Source of the DNA: Octopus vulgaris
Lineage: Eukaryota
Length of the DNA: 64,000 nucleotides
Direction: 5' to 3'
NCBI GenBank assembly: GCA_951406725.2
Contig: OX597831.1
Span: forward strand, 71,548,001 to 71,612,000
Under the pieces are notes generated by a model that was not told where the DNA came from, did no database searches, and was given only the letters and a program-made list of their open reading frames with translations. This document shows positions 25,163 to 38,400 of the stretch, piece by piece. Each line of letters begins with the position of its first letter. Positions within the stretch are counted from its first letter, which is position 1. The translations under genes were made by a program, and so were the position numbers.

Positions 25163-26611
25163 TGCCATTTGGGCATCGTATTAATGAATTGAGAAACTGT
25201 CTCCAGTGGAATTTCTGCCAGTTGCATAAAACATGCTTTGATGTTGGTTTTCATGGCTTTTTAACACTTATTCTGTCCAGTAGGTCCCAAAGGTGTTCAA
25301 CGGGGTTCATATCAGGAGATTGGTTTGACCAAGAAACTCTTCAGGTTCTGTCTTTCTTCTGCCAGTCAATTTGGTCTTTTTTGCTGTGTAGCATGGAGCA
25401 TCATCTTCTATAAATGAGGTGTCATTTTTTTACCATCCAACCATTGGAGGAAATTTGGAAAAGCCCTTTCTGAAAGATGGAGACGTATTTTTCTGAGATT
25501 ATGTTGCCGACATACCCCACCAGTTCTGGACAACCAGTGCTCCAGATTGCACCCCACACCATCACTGTAAAACTGTCTTGTTTCACAGTTGGTTGCAGCC
25601 GATTTAAATCAAATTCTTGATTCAGCAGTTTCCAGAATCACACACAGGCGCAGGAGTGGCTGTGTGGTAAGTAGCTTGCTTACCAACCACGTGGTTCCAG
25701 GTTCAGTCTCACTGCATGGCACCTTAGGCAAGTGTCTTCTACTATGGCCTCGGGCCGACCAAAGCCTTATGAGTGGATTTGGTAGACGGAAACTGAAAGA
25801 AACCTGTCGTATATATGTATATATATATATATATATATACATGTGTGCGTGTATGTTTGTGTGTCTGTGTTTGTCCCCCTAGCATTGCTTGACAACCGAT
25901 GCTGGTGTGTTTATGTCCCCGTCACTTAGCGGTTCGGCAAAAGAGACTGATAGAATAAGTACTGGGCTTACAAAGAATAAGTCCCGGGGTCGATTTGCTC
26001 GACTAAAGGCGGTGCTCCAGCATGGCCACAGTCAACTGACTGAAACAAGTAAAAAGAGTAAAAAAAAAAGAAAAAAAAAGAGTCCTCTGTCAGAAAATAG
26101 TACAAATCTTGATATGACCAAGACTATGACAGTTTATCCAGGACCTATAGACCTCTCATTTACCCACTCCTTTCGATGGTCAAAGAAAAGGTTTTATTTC
26201 TAGCCGCTCTGCTATACGGCAGCCAGGTTGAGAGAGACACCTATCAGACATACTCTAACTCATTTGGAGTTTGCAGTTACCTTACAACAGGAGTTATTTT
26301 CAACACCACATACCCAGGTCAACCTGAGTGGATGTTGTTAATTCCTTTCCTTTGCTGGTGAATTGTGACTAAGAAGAGGAAACAAAGTTTTGTGCCACCC
26401 TCACACTGACCTACAATATGTCCTCTTTGAAATTCAGACAACTCTTTTGCTTCTGATGTTTGTGGTATGACTACTAGTTGCTATAAACAATTAATAAACT
26501 ACTATCTGAAATGAAAAATAACACATTGTCAAATTTGAAACAACAGGCTGTATCTGCACAGATAAAATGATATTACGAGGGGGCGTTTATTTATTTTTCA
26601 GACATCTCTGT
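25163..26611 (-). mobile_element. Degraded Tc1 transposon, split by a family 1 SINE (25647-26060)
   Basis: Minus-strand remnants SRFVLFSD, TVKQDSFTVMVWGAI and WSNQSPDMNPVEHLWD (Tc1 WP.QSPDLNPIE motif). TA-CAG end at about 26611. Confidence 0.75.
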
Positions 26612-28580
26612 ATATATACATACATATATAGATATGGATATACATACATGCCTCTATCTATGTATCTAACTATACACACACACACACATGTGCATGCACA
26701 CACATACATACATACATTCTTGTACTAGTTTTGATATTGGCCATTCATCTGTGGCCATCTGAAGTACTGAGAAGTAAATGTGTGTGTGTGTGTGCGTGTG
26801 TGTGTATGTGTGTGTGTATACTATAGTATCACAAGTTGACATAAACAAATAGAAAAAGATTTCTCATTACATAATGGTAAAGTTTACATTAATTGACTCA
26901 AGCTTTCAGACAACTTTATTGTCAGCTGAAAATCTCTGATTTACACCAAAACAAGATTTCAGTTTTGAATAAATTGTATGTGGGAGGAAAGATAGTATTT
27001 ACTCATTCCATAATGTGTTGGTACTAATATCACATTATGGTAAGCTGCTGTTTGTGGCACCATACTCTGACAATACAGTCTCCATCAACTTCAGATTGTA
27101 TGAGCTTTTATGAAATTGCTCAAGATGCTAAGAATAACAGCCAAAACACTTCTCTCAAACAAGTATGCAGCTTTGAAAAAGGATTCTGTGAATAATGCAG
27201 TCCAGAAATGTATATCTAAAAACAAGATGGGTTGGTCATTGGTAATCGGTCTCTTTGATCAAAGAACATCTTGAACTAAAAAACAACAATTTCAGATGGT
27301 ATTCAGGCAGGATGGCTGTGTTGTTACAAAGTTCACTTCACACAACTATGTGGTTCTGAGTTCAATCTCACTCCAAAACTCAATGAGCATGTATCTTCTA
27401 CCACAGCATCAGGTGAATGAAATTTGACCAACAGTAATTGTGTTTTGTCAAGCTGTGTGTGTGTGTGTGTGTGTGTTTGAATGTGCTGATAGTAATGTGT
27501 TAAGTATCATGATAGACAATATTGAAAGAATCAACGTTATCAGTTATTGATGGTAGTATATTTGTAACTGATCATAGAAAGAAATGGTCAGAGCCAAATC
27601 TATCAGCTATGTTTTGTACGAATGATAAGTATTATTGACTGATACAACACTATCACTTACTGATTAGTGAACTTCTGCACAATATCTTGAACTGCTACAA
27701 GTAACAGCCAAATCTCCCTCAAATCACAAACTATCTTACAAAGTGGAAGGTTAGATAATTTAGTTTTAGAAATGCCATGTCTTGAAAAATAAAATGAAGC
27801 AGAAAAGACAAAATAATAATTGTTGGAAAACCTTTGATCATAGCTCTTCTGGACCAGGACTGTTCATAAATAGCAATGATTTCAGAAGGCAAGCAAAAAA
27901 AAAAAATCATTGATATTAATCTTTCGGTGCCATTTTTATATCACCATTAATATTTAAATAGAAAAACATGTATTGAGAATAAATGAGAAAAAAAATATCA
28001 ATTCCTCAGTAAAGAAGAAAAAAGAAAATCAGGATAATTACAATTGTTATAATTAAAACAAAAGAAAGAAAAGAAAAAAAATATTGAGATAGGTAAATAC
28101 AGGTAGAAAGGTTAAAAATGCAAGTTATTTTTTAGTTATTGTATCTTCTATTGATGCATCACCTCTTACTAAATCACCAACTGAGAATATTTTTTCATAA
28201 AATACAAAAATTAACAAAAAAAAAGAGAATAAATGTTTCCACCCTTTCTCTCACACATTTTCTTAAACAATGATGATGATGATTAAAATAAGGAAGAGTA
28301 TTAACCAGAATTTTTAACATGTTCTAATGGTGGTGGCCTGGAAGGATCAGTAGTGCCGTGGACAAAATGCCTTGCAGAATTTGGTTTTGTCCCTTTCTGT
28401 TGTTAGTTCAAATACTGCCAGGAGTTGACCTTGCCCCACATCGTCCTTAGGTCGGTTGATAAAACACAATAGCAGTCAGTTAAGTACTGGAGGTGTCAAT
28501 ACTTCCCTCTCCCTAACACTTTCTGGCCTTGTGCCAATGTTATAAATAATAATAATGATAATGATAATAATAATAATAGC

Positions 28581-28626
<46 letters not shown>

Positions 28627-28963
28627 GAGTGAGAGAGCAGTTCATGCCATCAAAGTGACACTGGGGTAAAATATACGAAACCCAGTATACCCATCATGAC
28701 TACCCGTCTGATAAGGGTACACTAGGCACATGCATCACAACCATATGTGCGCGACATGGTGATCTCATATCAAGATAAACAGCACATGATCTTGCAGGTG
28801 GGGCCCAGTTAGAATTTTCTTCTGGTCGAGTAACCCATCCCGCTCAAAAGGTCCCTGAATAAGAGTTGTTTAAGGATGTTGAACGGAACACCCATGTTTC
28901 CAGAGGTGAATTATTCAAACCCCAAAGAATCCCTCTCAACACATGGCTATGATGCTCCCCCAC
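28627..28963 (-). mobile_element. Non-coding (TAA)n-embedded retroelement, 5'-truncated
   Basis: Constant 3' end GC(A)CTGCTCTCTCACTC-(AAT)n. Other copies at 46456-46725(-), 61111-61250(+) and 63710-64000(+). Confidence 0.85.
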
Positions 28964-28995
<32 letters not shown>

Positions 28996-29000
28996 TATTA

Positions 29001-29050
<50 letters not shown>

Positions 29051-29052
<2 letters not shown>

Positions 29053-30007
29053 GGCAGCAAGCTAGCAGAATTGTTAGCATGCCAGACAAAATGCTTATGC
29101 TTTAGCAGCATTTTGTCCATCTTTACATGTTGAGTTCAAATGCCGTCAAGATCAACTAAGTCGTTCATCCTTTTGGGATTGGTAAAATAAGTATGAGTTG
29201 AGCACTGGGGTTGATGTAATTGATAGTCACCCCTCCCCTACAATTTCAGGCCTTGTACCAATATTAGAAAAGATTATTATTATTATTATTATTGATACTA
29301 ATATCATTTTTAGGGTGAAGTTGGCAGAATCATTAGAGCAAAGTAGTGGTTTTTCCCGCTCAATACATTTGCAGTTTAACTTCTGCCGAGGTCAACTTTG
29401 CCATTCATCCTTTTGGAATTGATAAAATAAAGTACCCGTCAAATACTGGTGTCAATGTAAGCAACTGGTCTCTTCCACCAAAATTTAGTGTATTATATGT
29501 ATGTAAAATGTTATTGTTGTTATTGTTATTAAGGTGGCAAGTTGGCCGATTTGTTAGTATGCTGGACAAAATGCTAAGCAGCATTTCGTCTGTCCTTACG
29601 TTCAGAGTTCAAATTCCACCGAGGTCAAATTTGCCTTTCATCCTTTTGGGGTTGATAAATTAGGTAACAGTCAAGTACTATGGTCGATGCATTTGACTAT
29701 CTCCCTCCCCACAAATTCCTGGCCTTGTGCCTATAGTAGAAAGGATTATTATTATTATTATTATCATTATTATTATTATTATTATTATTATCAAGGTGAC
29801 AAGCTGGCAGGATCATTAGTATGCTGGACAAACTGCTTAATGGCTTTTTTGTCCATCTTTACAATCCTGAGTTCAAATTCCGTCAAGGTCGACTTGCTTT
29901 TCATCCTTTTTGGGTCAATGAAATAAATATCAACCAAACACTGGAGTCGATCTAACTGACTAGACCCCCTCCTCCAAAACTTCAGGCCTTGTGCCAATAA
30001 CAGAAAA

Positions 30008-30052
<45 letters not shown>

Positions 30053-30272
30053 GGCAGCAAACTGGCAGAACTGTTAGCACATCAGACAAAATGCTTCACA
30101 GTATTTTCTTCTAGCTTTACATTCCAAGTTCAAATTCTGCTGAGGTTGATTTTGCCTTTCATTCTTTCAGGGTCAGTAAAATAAGTACCAGTTGAGCACT
30201 TTGGTCATTGTACTCAACTAGCCCCCTCTACCAAAATTTCAGGCCTTGTGCCTATAGTAGAAAGGATTATTA

Positions 30273-30316
<44 letters not shown>

Positions 30317-30735
30317 TACTTTTAATCTGCATCTTTGATACAGTCTCTTGCCGAGACACACCCAATGTCCTGGGGCAAGTGAAGGATAAGAGATGCTACA
30401 ATACGTTATTATAATATGTTATTATTATTAATATTATTAATATTATTAATATTAATATTATTATTATTATTATTATTATCATCATCATTAAGGCAGTGGA
30501 TGGCAAAACAATCATCAGAGCAGTGGACTAATATCTTGCAGTATTTACTTATTTCCCTTTACATTCAGAGTTCAAATCCTGTCAGGATCAACTTTGCCTT
30601 TCATCCTACTGAGAGGGTTCTATCCCCTCTACCCAATCACCTCCACTACCACTACCACCACCACCACCACCACCACCACCACTATCCCATAAAAGAATCT
30701 TGTGGCCTTGTGCCTATATTAGAAATAACTATTTT
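29051..30735 (+). mobile_element. Cluster of about 6 co-oriented family 2 SINEs separated by (ATT)n tails
   Basis: Repeated AAGG..GCAAGCTGGCAGAA...GAGTTCAAAT...TTCATCCTTT...GGCCTTGTGCC units. Confidence 0.8.
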
Positions 30736-31370
30736 CTAAGACTGAATGGAATTTTGTGTTATGTTAGATTCACCAACTCCCACACACAGTCACCCATTCA
30801 CACGTTTCACAAATTTATTTTTTTTTTGTGTTCTTGTTTTTCTCTTTAGAGAGTTGATGTACAAAACCTTCACTTAACCATGGAGAAATAACCAACACAA
30901 AACACTGCCCTTGTTTCGGTACTAAAATTACCAGTAAACTGCTGGGAAATAGCTGAGACAAGGAAAATAAAGGAAGCTGGGGGTGGGGTTTTTTTTGTTA
31001 CTTTGATGTTGTTTTTTTTTATTATATATGTGTATATAAGATGCTAAAAAGAGAATAAACAATACGTAAAATTATGAAAAAGAATATATGCAGCTTTTTT
31101 TTCATTTCAAAATGATATTAAAATTTCTTATGTATATATATATATATATACATACATGTGTGTGCGTGTGCGTGTGTGTGTATGTGCGTGTGTGTATGTG
31201 TGTGTGTGTGCGTGTGTGTAATGTGAATTTTCTCTTTCTACAATGTATATATTTTTACTTATTTCAAAAGTAAAAAGTGCTGCAATTTTTGTTTATGTTT
31301 TTGTGGTGAGGCAATCTATGGTGAATTAAAATTGTTTACATTTTCAGATTAAATTATTTATTGATTTATG

Positions 31371-31427
<57 letters not shown>

Positions 31428-31428
<1 letters not shown>

Positions 31429-31632
31429 GGGAAGCTTTATGAAAATAGACAAAAAACGAAAGCAGGTTTACGGAAATAAACAAAAGACGAAGGCAGGTGG
31501 AATACAAACAAACAATTGTATTAGTATGGCGCTCAGGAAATATAAATAAAACAAGTCTTTAACGTTTCGAGCCTACGCTCTTCAACAGAAAGATACACAG
31601 AGAGAAGGAGAGAAAAAAATGCGTGCAGAGGC
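31428..31632 (-). mobile_element. Penelope-type mini-element with a hammerhead-like motif
   Basis: Minus strand TCTTT-CTGTTGA-A-GAGCGTAGGCTC-GAAACGTT-AAAGA at 31556-31593, flanked by (TA)n. Confidence 0.6.
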
Positions 31633-31756
31633 TATATATATATATATATACAAAATAAGAAAATGGAGAAACACATCTTAATCAATGATCAACCACCAGA
31701 TAATACCCAATCACATAATTTATTAAACCACTACATATGAACATATATATATGAAC

Positions 31757-31791
<35 letters not shown>

Positions 31792-33490
31792 CTAGCAGAA
31801 ATAGCTGGCATTGCCCAGGTTAAAGAGAATAATAAAATTTTTAAATGCTGTCTAGATTACACACGTTTCAACAGCTAGTAGCTGAGATACCAACTTTCTA
31901 CATTAATAACTCTCCAATCCATGGACCATAGACATTAACTGAAATGTTAAAAGAAAGTTTTCAACTCATATATGTATATGAAGTAAATATACTAATTTTG
32001 TTTTGGAAGTGCTTAGAATCATGATCAGTTGATGACAACGGTTTCTTCAATGGCTCTGGAAGCTGGTGGATTGCAGGGAGTTTAACTTTTCCACTACTGG
32101 AGCACAGCGCAGGTGTCTCTCCATGCCACTTCCTTGCTTTACAATGCATGCACTCAGTTGTCATTGCACCAATGGAAACTCTAGTCTCATCTGCATAAGG
32201 AACTGCTAGATCGTAATTAAAAGCTGCTTCATAGAAGTTGCTTCTCTGAGCTGTTGCAACTGCTCTTTGTTCTGCAGTGGAGATCCTATTCCTTGTCAGC
32301 CATGCATACCTCTGTTCATCACTTTCAGATGCTCTGGCTTTTGTAGTACACAGTCTGTTCGTTTCTTGGTATATTTCCCTTTCTGCAGCTATCTTTCCGT
32401 GGACAGAGACATTCTTTTGGCTGACCTTGACATTGTAGACAAATTTGACACTTTCCTTCTAGGCATGGTTATACACGTATACAAAAATACATGGGTGCAG
32501 AAGATAGTAAACAATAACAAAAACTGGATAATAGAAATTATATTTCTTAATACGACGGGCAGGAAGTAAATAAGACATTTTTACAGAAAATAAAGAATTG
32601 TATGGGTTGAAGTGAGTGAAATTTGTCACTTAGTGAACCAGAAAAAAGTATTAACAACAGAAAAACACAAAACCGTTGCAAAAGTAAATAAGAAATTTTT
32701 AGGGAAATTAACTAAGTGTGAAATGAAATTTCTGAAGTTACTTCTGTCAGTAAATAATGAACTTAATTTAATTAGTAATTCCGACAACAACAACAAAAAC
32801 ACTAAACGTTGTTAAAGTAAATAAGAAATTTGTAGGCAAATTTAACGAAGTAAGAAATTGAAAAGAAATTTATGATGTTACTTCTGCCAGTAAATTATGT
32901 ATGAAATTACTTTCATCAGTAATTGTGAACTTCTTTAAGTCAGTAATTTGTCATTGTTGCTTGTAAATAGCGACTGAAAACTTACAGGGAAAACAATAGC
33001 GATTGAATTTAAAGTGAAAACAATAGAGAGTGAGTGAGATATAGAGAGAAGAAGAAGAAGAAGAAGAAGAAGAAGAAGAAGAAGAAGAAGAAGAAGAGAG
33101 AGAGAGAGAGCTACCTAGTTAGACAAATAGATACACATAGATAGATAGCGAGAGAGAGGGATAGAGAGATATAGACGTCACTTCCAGAGAACTGAAAGTA
33201 AATGTTTTAAAACTTTCAAAGACATGAATCTAATACAGAAAGCAATATATTTTTAATGACCAATAGATGTAAGGGAGACAATCAATTTCTGAAAGTTATT
33301 TCGCAAAGAGTAATCACCCTTCTCCACGTAACCCCAAAACGGGTGTTTTCTGCCCCCAATGGGGACCGGGAAACATATTAAGAGTCTAAAACCATCCCAG
33401 GAACATAAGTAATGTATATTCCCACTTTGGAGAAAACCAGTTGAAAAATACGGCCGTTATAATCTTTTACACACTCCGCACGCACAGAGA
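31792..33490 (-). mobile_element. Internally deleted Helitron retaining the N-terminus of the Rep/helicase ORF
   Basis: MPRRKVSNL... and IGAMTTECMHCKARKWHGETPALCSSSGKVKLP..LPEPLK...SKHFQNKI (Helitron N-terminal Cys motif). Ends with a 3' hairpin and CTAG at 31792. Confidence 0.8.
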
Positions 33491-33683
33491 CTTCAGAACA
33501 CATTCTTCGCGTTAAGACGATTTGGCGTCTTCTTCTAGCATATTAGGAATCCACCTCGGTGCTTATTCCTCTTATATACGTATGTAATATATTATCTTAA
33601 TCTTCGAATTTTTTAAAGTATGCTAGGTCATTGGTTTAAATAGATATTAATTAATTAATTTTACCCTCATTATTTAACTTTCT

Positions 33684-33724
33684 ATATACACAGACACACA
33701 CACACACATACACATATATATACA

Positions 33725-33820
<96 letters not shown>

Positions 33821-34012
33821 TATATATACATATATATATATACATATATTTACATATATATACATATATATACATATATATACATATATATACATATATA
33901 TACATATATATACATATACACTTATATACACATATATATATACATATATATATACACATATATATATACATATACGTACATATATATATGCATACATACG
34001 TATATACATAAG

Positions 34013-34067
<55 letters not shown>

Positions 34068-34084
34068 TATATATATATATATAT
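33684..34084. repeat. (TA)n/(TACATATATA)n microsatellite
   Basis: Directly visible; forms the left flank of the hammerhead array. Confidence 0.97.
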
Positions 34085-34460
34085 AGGGTAATAGTTTTTC
34101 AATTTTCTCCTGGTTTTCGGTATTAATGTTATTTTGCGTTTAAAGCTTTTGGCTGTTATTTCTAGTGGGTGAATGGCCTATTATGGCCGTTCCTTGATTG
34201 TGATGTTGAACGTAAAAATGGTTTATGACTATTTAATTTTTTCCTACTAGGCCGCTGGTGGCAAAAGAATTCTACAAAATTTTTTTTTGCCACCCTATAT
34301 TGATTAATTATGAATTTTCTGGTTAGTTCCGTAACGGAATCGGTGGTTCATTTGCTGCCGATAAATTTGGCGCGAGTGCGACGATTTGAAAATTTTAGGT
34401 CAGATATTGCCGAGGTAGCAAGAGGAATGCCTCGTGAAAAATATCTGTTCCGATTTGGCT

Positions 34461-34567
34461 ATTTCTTACTGATGAGTCTAAGGGCCTATGGTGGATTGGC
34501 TTGATTTAATTTAATCAGGTTAGTTTACCATTAAACGGTAGATGAAACGGTGCATCGTCTAAGAAAT
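34461..34567 (+). ncRNA. Type I hammerhead ribozyme, copy 1
   Basis: Stem I ATTTCTTA/TAAGAAAT (8 bp). Core CTGATGA at 34469-34475. Stem II GTCTA/TAGAT with a long hairpin insert. GAAA at 34544-34547. Near-palindromic stem III ACGGTGCATCGT. GTC cleavage triplet at 34557-34559. Confidence 0.88.
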
Positions 34568-34945
34568 TACAGGGTAAAAGTTTTTCAATTTTCTCCTGGT
34601 TTACGGTATTAATGTTATTTTGCGGTTAAAGCTTTTGGCTGTTATTTCTAGTGGGTGAATGGCCTATTATGGCCGTTCCTTGATTGTGATGTTGAACGTA
34701 AAAATGGTTTATGACTATTTAATTTTTTCCTACTAGGCCGCTGGTGGCAAAAGAATTCTACAAAATTTTTTTTGCCACCCTATATTGATTAATTATGAAT
34801 TTTCTGGTTAGTTCCGTAACGGAATCGGTGGTTCATTTGCTGCCGATAAATTTGGCGCGAGTGCGACGATTTGAAAATTTTAGGTCAGATATTGCCGAGG
34901 TAGCAAGAGGAATGCCTCGTGAAAAATATCTGTTCCGATTTGGCT

Positions 34946-35052
34946 ATTTCTTACTGATGAGTCTAAGGGCCTATGGTGGATTGGCTTGATTTAATTTAAT
35001 CAGGTTAGTTTACCATTAAACGGTAGATGAAACGGTGCATCGTCTAAGAAAT
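34946..35052 (+). ncRNA. Type I hammerhead ribozyme, copy 2
   Basis: Identical to copy 1, 485 nt downstream; GTC at 35042-35044. Confidence 0.88.
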
Positions 35053-35170
35053 TACAGGGTAAAAGTTTTTCAATTTTCTCCTGGTTTACGGTATTAATGT
35101 TATTTTGCGGTTAAAGCTTTTGGCTGTTATTTCTAGTGGGTGAATGGCCTATTATGGCCGTTCCTTGATT

Positions 35171-35217
<47 letters not shown>

Positions 35218-35390
35218 GTACATATAATATATACATATACATACATATATATATATGCATATATACATATACATATATACATATACATATATACATATAT
35301 ACATATATTCTATATATACGTATACATATACATATATATACGTATACATATATATATATATATACATATATATGCGTATAAATATATATG

Positions 35391-35421
<31 letters not shown>

Positions 35422-35423
<2 letters not shown>

Positions 35424-35670
35424 TCCCCCGAACGAAAAAAGTCTTTAAAGGAAATCGTTATGTAGATGTAGAAGAGGTGAAGAAAGAAAACAAGGAGACC
35501 TTAAAAAGGCATCACTTCGCAAGCGATCCAGGACTGCTTCGAACGGCGGAAAACGCGTCCGGACCGATGCATTGTTTCAAATGGAAAATACTTTGAAGGC
35601 GATAAAAGTGAAAATATGTCAAATAAAATAATATTGCAAAACTCCCGTTTCTTTTGGGAACCCCTCTCGT
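35422..35670 (+). mobile_element. mariner 3' fragment with TIR
   Basis: [19 protein letters not shown]...[15 protein letters not shown], ending ...CCCTCTCG-TA. Confidence 0.8.
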
Positions 35671-36159
35671 ATATATTTCCATCAATATCACATCCAACCA
35701 TTGACTATTTATGAACGTGTTCGTTTAAAAAATCACTATATTGACTGGTGTATCCCTATTGGATTGATCAATTTACATAGTAAACACATTCCAGGCAACT
35801 AGTGCGTACATATTAATTTGCTAGAAAGAACACAGTATTTCCTGTTGCAAATATAATGTACAACCAAGTATGTTAAAGGCTTACAAGTCAATGTTATGTC
35901 TTACTTTAGGACTCGTAGAGCGATATTCTCACTTCTGGGTGTATTTCTGTAGATTTTCAATAGAATTCAGACCCACAGCTGCAACTTATAACGTTTCGTA
36001 TACAAATACCCCTACCTAAATAATGCGATCGAAAATAGCAAAAATAAATAATGGGTGTATATGCGTATATATTTCAAAGTGAGAATCTCGCACTGCTAAC
36101 ACAAAATTAAAACAAAATATCGACTCGTAAACCTTTAGTATACATGTAGTCAAAATAAA

Positions 36160-36517
36160 CTAGTCCCCCGTCCAATGGACGGTGCAGAATTGTCAAACAT
36201 TTAAACCAAATTTTCTCAAAACAACTTGTTCGACCGTCCCATAGGCCTCCCCTTTGAGAAACACTGATTTATCCTAAATTTGAGACACCAGCAAAAGAAA
36301 AAATAAAGAAAGACTTTTTTTCTATTCCAAAGAAAAACGATTTTATTCACTTTATCGACCGCATTCTCACCTAGAATCGATTTTTGTAATTTTTTCAAGA
36401 CTTATACACGCCCTGATACTGTCGGTATCTACATATCAAATTTGAGCGCAATCGGATGGAGGATGCCCAAGATCCTAGAAGACGCACACACAGACAAAAC
36501 GGATTTTATATAATAGA
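36160..36517 (-). mobile_element. Non-autonomous Helitron
   Basis: Minus strand 5' TCTATTATATAA; 3' hairpin CCGTCCATTGGACGG followed by CTAG. Confidence 0.7.
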
Positions 36518-37149
36518 TTATGACTACAAAACGAAAAACTGTGTCCTTGCTTGCAATTTGTATGTACATAGACATGTACCTATGTATCTACTTACATGCA
36601 TGTGCACATCAATATATAAGTATGAACATACGCACATACGTTTGTACGTCAGTACATACAGGAGTACATACGTTTGCACAAACATATGTATGCATGGACA
36701 TACACAATATCTCCCATCCTTAGCACATGCGCACACATAGATGTATGCACATGCGTACTCAATACATATACACACGTACATACACGTACGCACACACATA
36801 AGTACATATGTACCTACATAGTTATGCACACACCTACGTATGCAGATACATACCTATATATGCAAATATGTATGCACATATACATGCACATGCATACATA
36901 TGCACATATGTAGATACATACGTACATACATACAGAGCGCGAACGTAGACTTGGCGTGTTCAACAGCATTCAAGAAGGAAAAAAACTTTATCTTTTAAGA
37001 TCTATTGAAAATTCGAAATACACGGCGTATGCTACGTAATTATTCAATATAACTCCTGAGCCAACATAAATAACCTACTTAAAGCGACCGTGGTAACTGG
37101 AACAGGTGCGTTTCACAGTTGCAGCAGACAAATCTTGGAATGCCAAGCA

Positions 37150-37850
37150 ATTGCACTACTTCAGCTCGTATTGCAGGCAGCCTTGTCGGTGACACTTTCA
37201 ACCGCGCCCCAGAAAAAATAGTCTAAAGGATCGCGGTTAGGAGGCCATATGTCTAACTGACATGGTCGTAAAAATGTCTGAGAGCCATTTTTTGGTCTTC
37301 CTAGCAGTGCGTACTGGAACACATAAAGTGTTCAATCTAGGGTTTCACCACCTTCTCCAGAACCCCCTTTTACACATCCTGGTTCACCTTCAGGCCCACA
37401 ATAATGATTTGAGGAAACATAAAATATACTTCACCACTGATCACATCAAAACTATTATGTGGACAGGAAATATGGTTTGTGTGACACTGGGTACATCATG
37501 TGAGCTAACTAATAACCAATTGTTATTTTGCTTGTGCGCCTTGTTCAGGCAAAAGTTTCTTTTGCATGTGAGAAAATCCACATGTTTGGTTCCAGTGGAA
37601 GCTTCAACTTGCTCAATAGCTTCTCGGTCTTCTTCACATGGTGCTATTTGGAGTTCTGAGCGAGAAGCTGTTTTGTCTACATCTTACAAAATTTATAACG
37701 AAGGAGTGGCGCAGAAGTGGCTGTGTGGTAAGTAGCTTGCTTACCAACCACATGGTTCCGGGTTCAGTCCCACTGCGTGGCACCTTGGGCAAAGCCTTGT
37801 GAGTGGATTTGGTAGACGGAAAGTGAAAAGAAGCCCGTCGTATATATGTG

Positions 37851-37891
<41 letters not shown>

Positions 37892-38400
37892 ATTTGTGTG
37901 CCTGTGTTTATCCCCCTAGCATTGCTTGACAACCGATGCTGGTGTGTTTATGTCCCCGTTACTTAGCGGTTCGGCAAAAGAGACCGATAGGATAAGTACT
38001 GGGCTTACAAAAAGAATAAGTCCTGGGGTCGATTTACTCGACTAGAAGGCGGTGCTCTATCATGGCCGCAGTCAAATGACTGAAACAAGTAAAAGAGTAA
38101 AAGAGTAAAGGTCTTTATTCACCCAAGTGCTAACAGTCTTTTTATTACAGCCCAGTTCCCTGGCGATCTCGAGTATCCCAATGGAGGGAATTTTCCTCGA
38201 AGAACTGCTCAACTTCCTGGATGAAATCAGCATCTCTCACCCATTCTTTACAACGACTGTGAGTTTTCCTTGTAGCCAGTGACGATATCAAAGTTACTGG
38301 CCTTAAGTTGGTAACAATGTTATTCATAACGACACTGACTGCATACACCACCACCTTGCTTTTCCATTCCTCGGGTCACTTGGGAGTGTTTATATATTTA
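37150..38400 (-). mobile_element. Degraded Tc1/mariner-superfamily transposase, split by a family 1 SINE (37703-38110)
   Basis: Minus-strand remnants RKTHSR..VRDADFIQEV, KQNNNWLLVSSHDVPSV.QT.FPVHIIV and VNQDV.KGVLEKVVKP. Confidence 0.6.

Larger units (their letters stand above)
34085..35175 (+). mobile_element. Tandem array of about 2.2 copies of a 485-bp hammerhead-ribozyme unit (retrozyme or Penelope pLTR-like)
   Basis: Units start at 34085, 34571 and 35056, differing by only about 3 substitutions and one T indel. Flanked by (TA)n on both sides. Confidence 0.88.

Noticed and set aside
34310-34989. Two identical 64-aa ORFs
   Set aside because: They result from the tandem duplication. There is no recognisable domain, and they overlap the ribozyme core and hairpins, which explain the sequence better.
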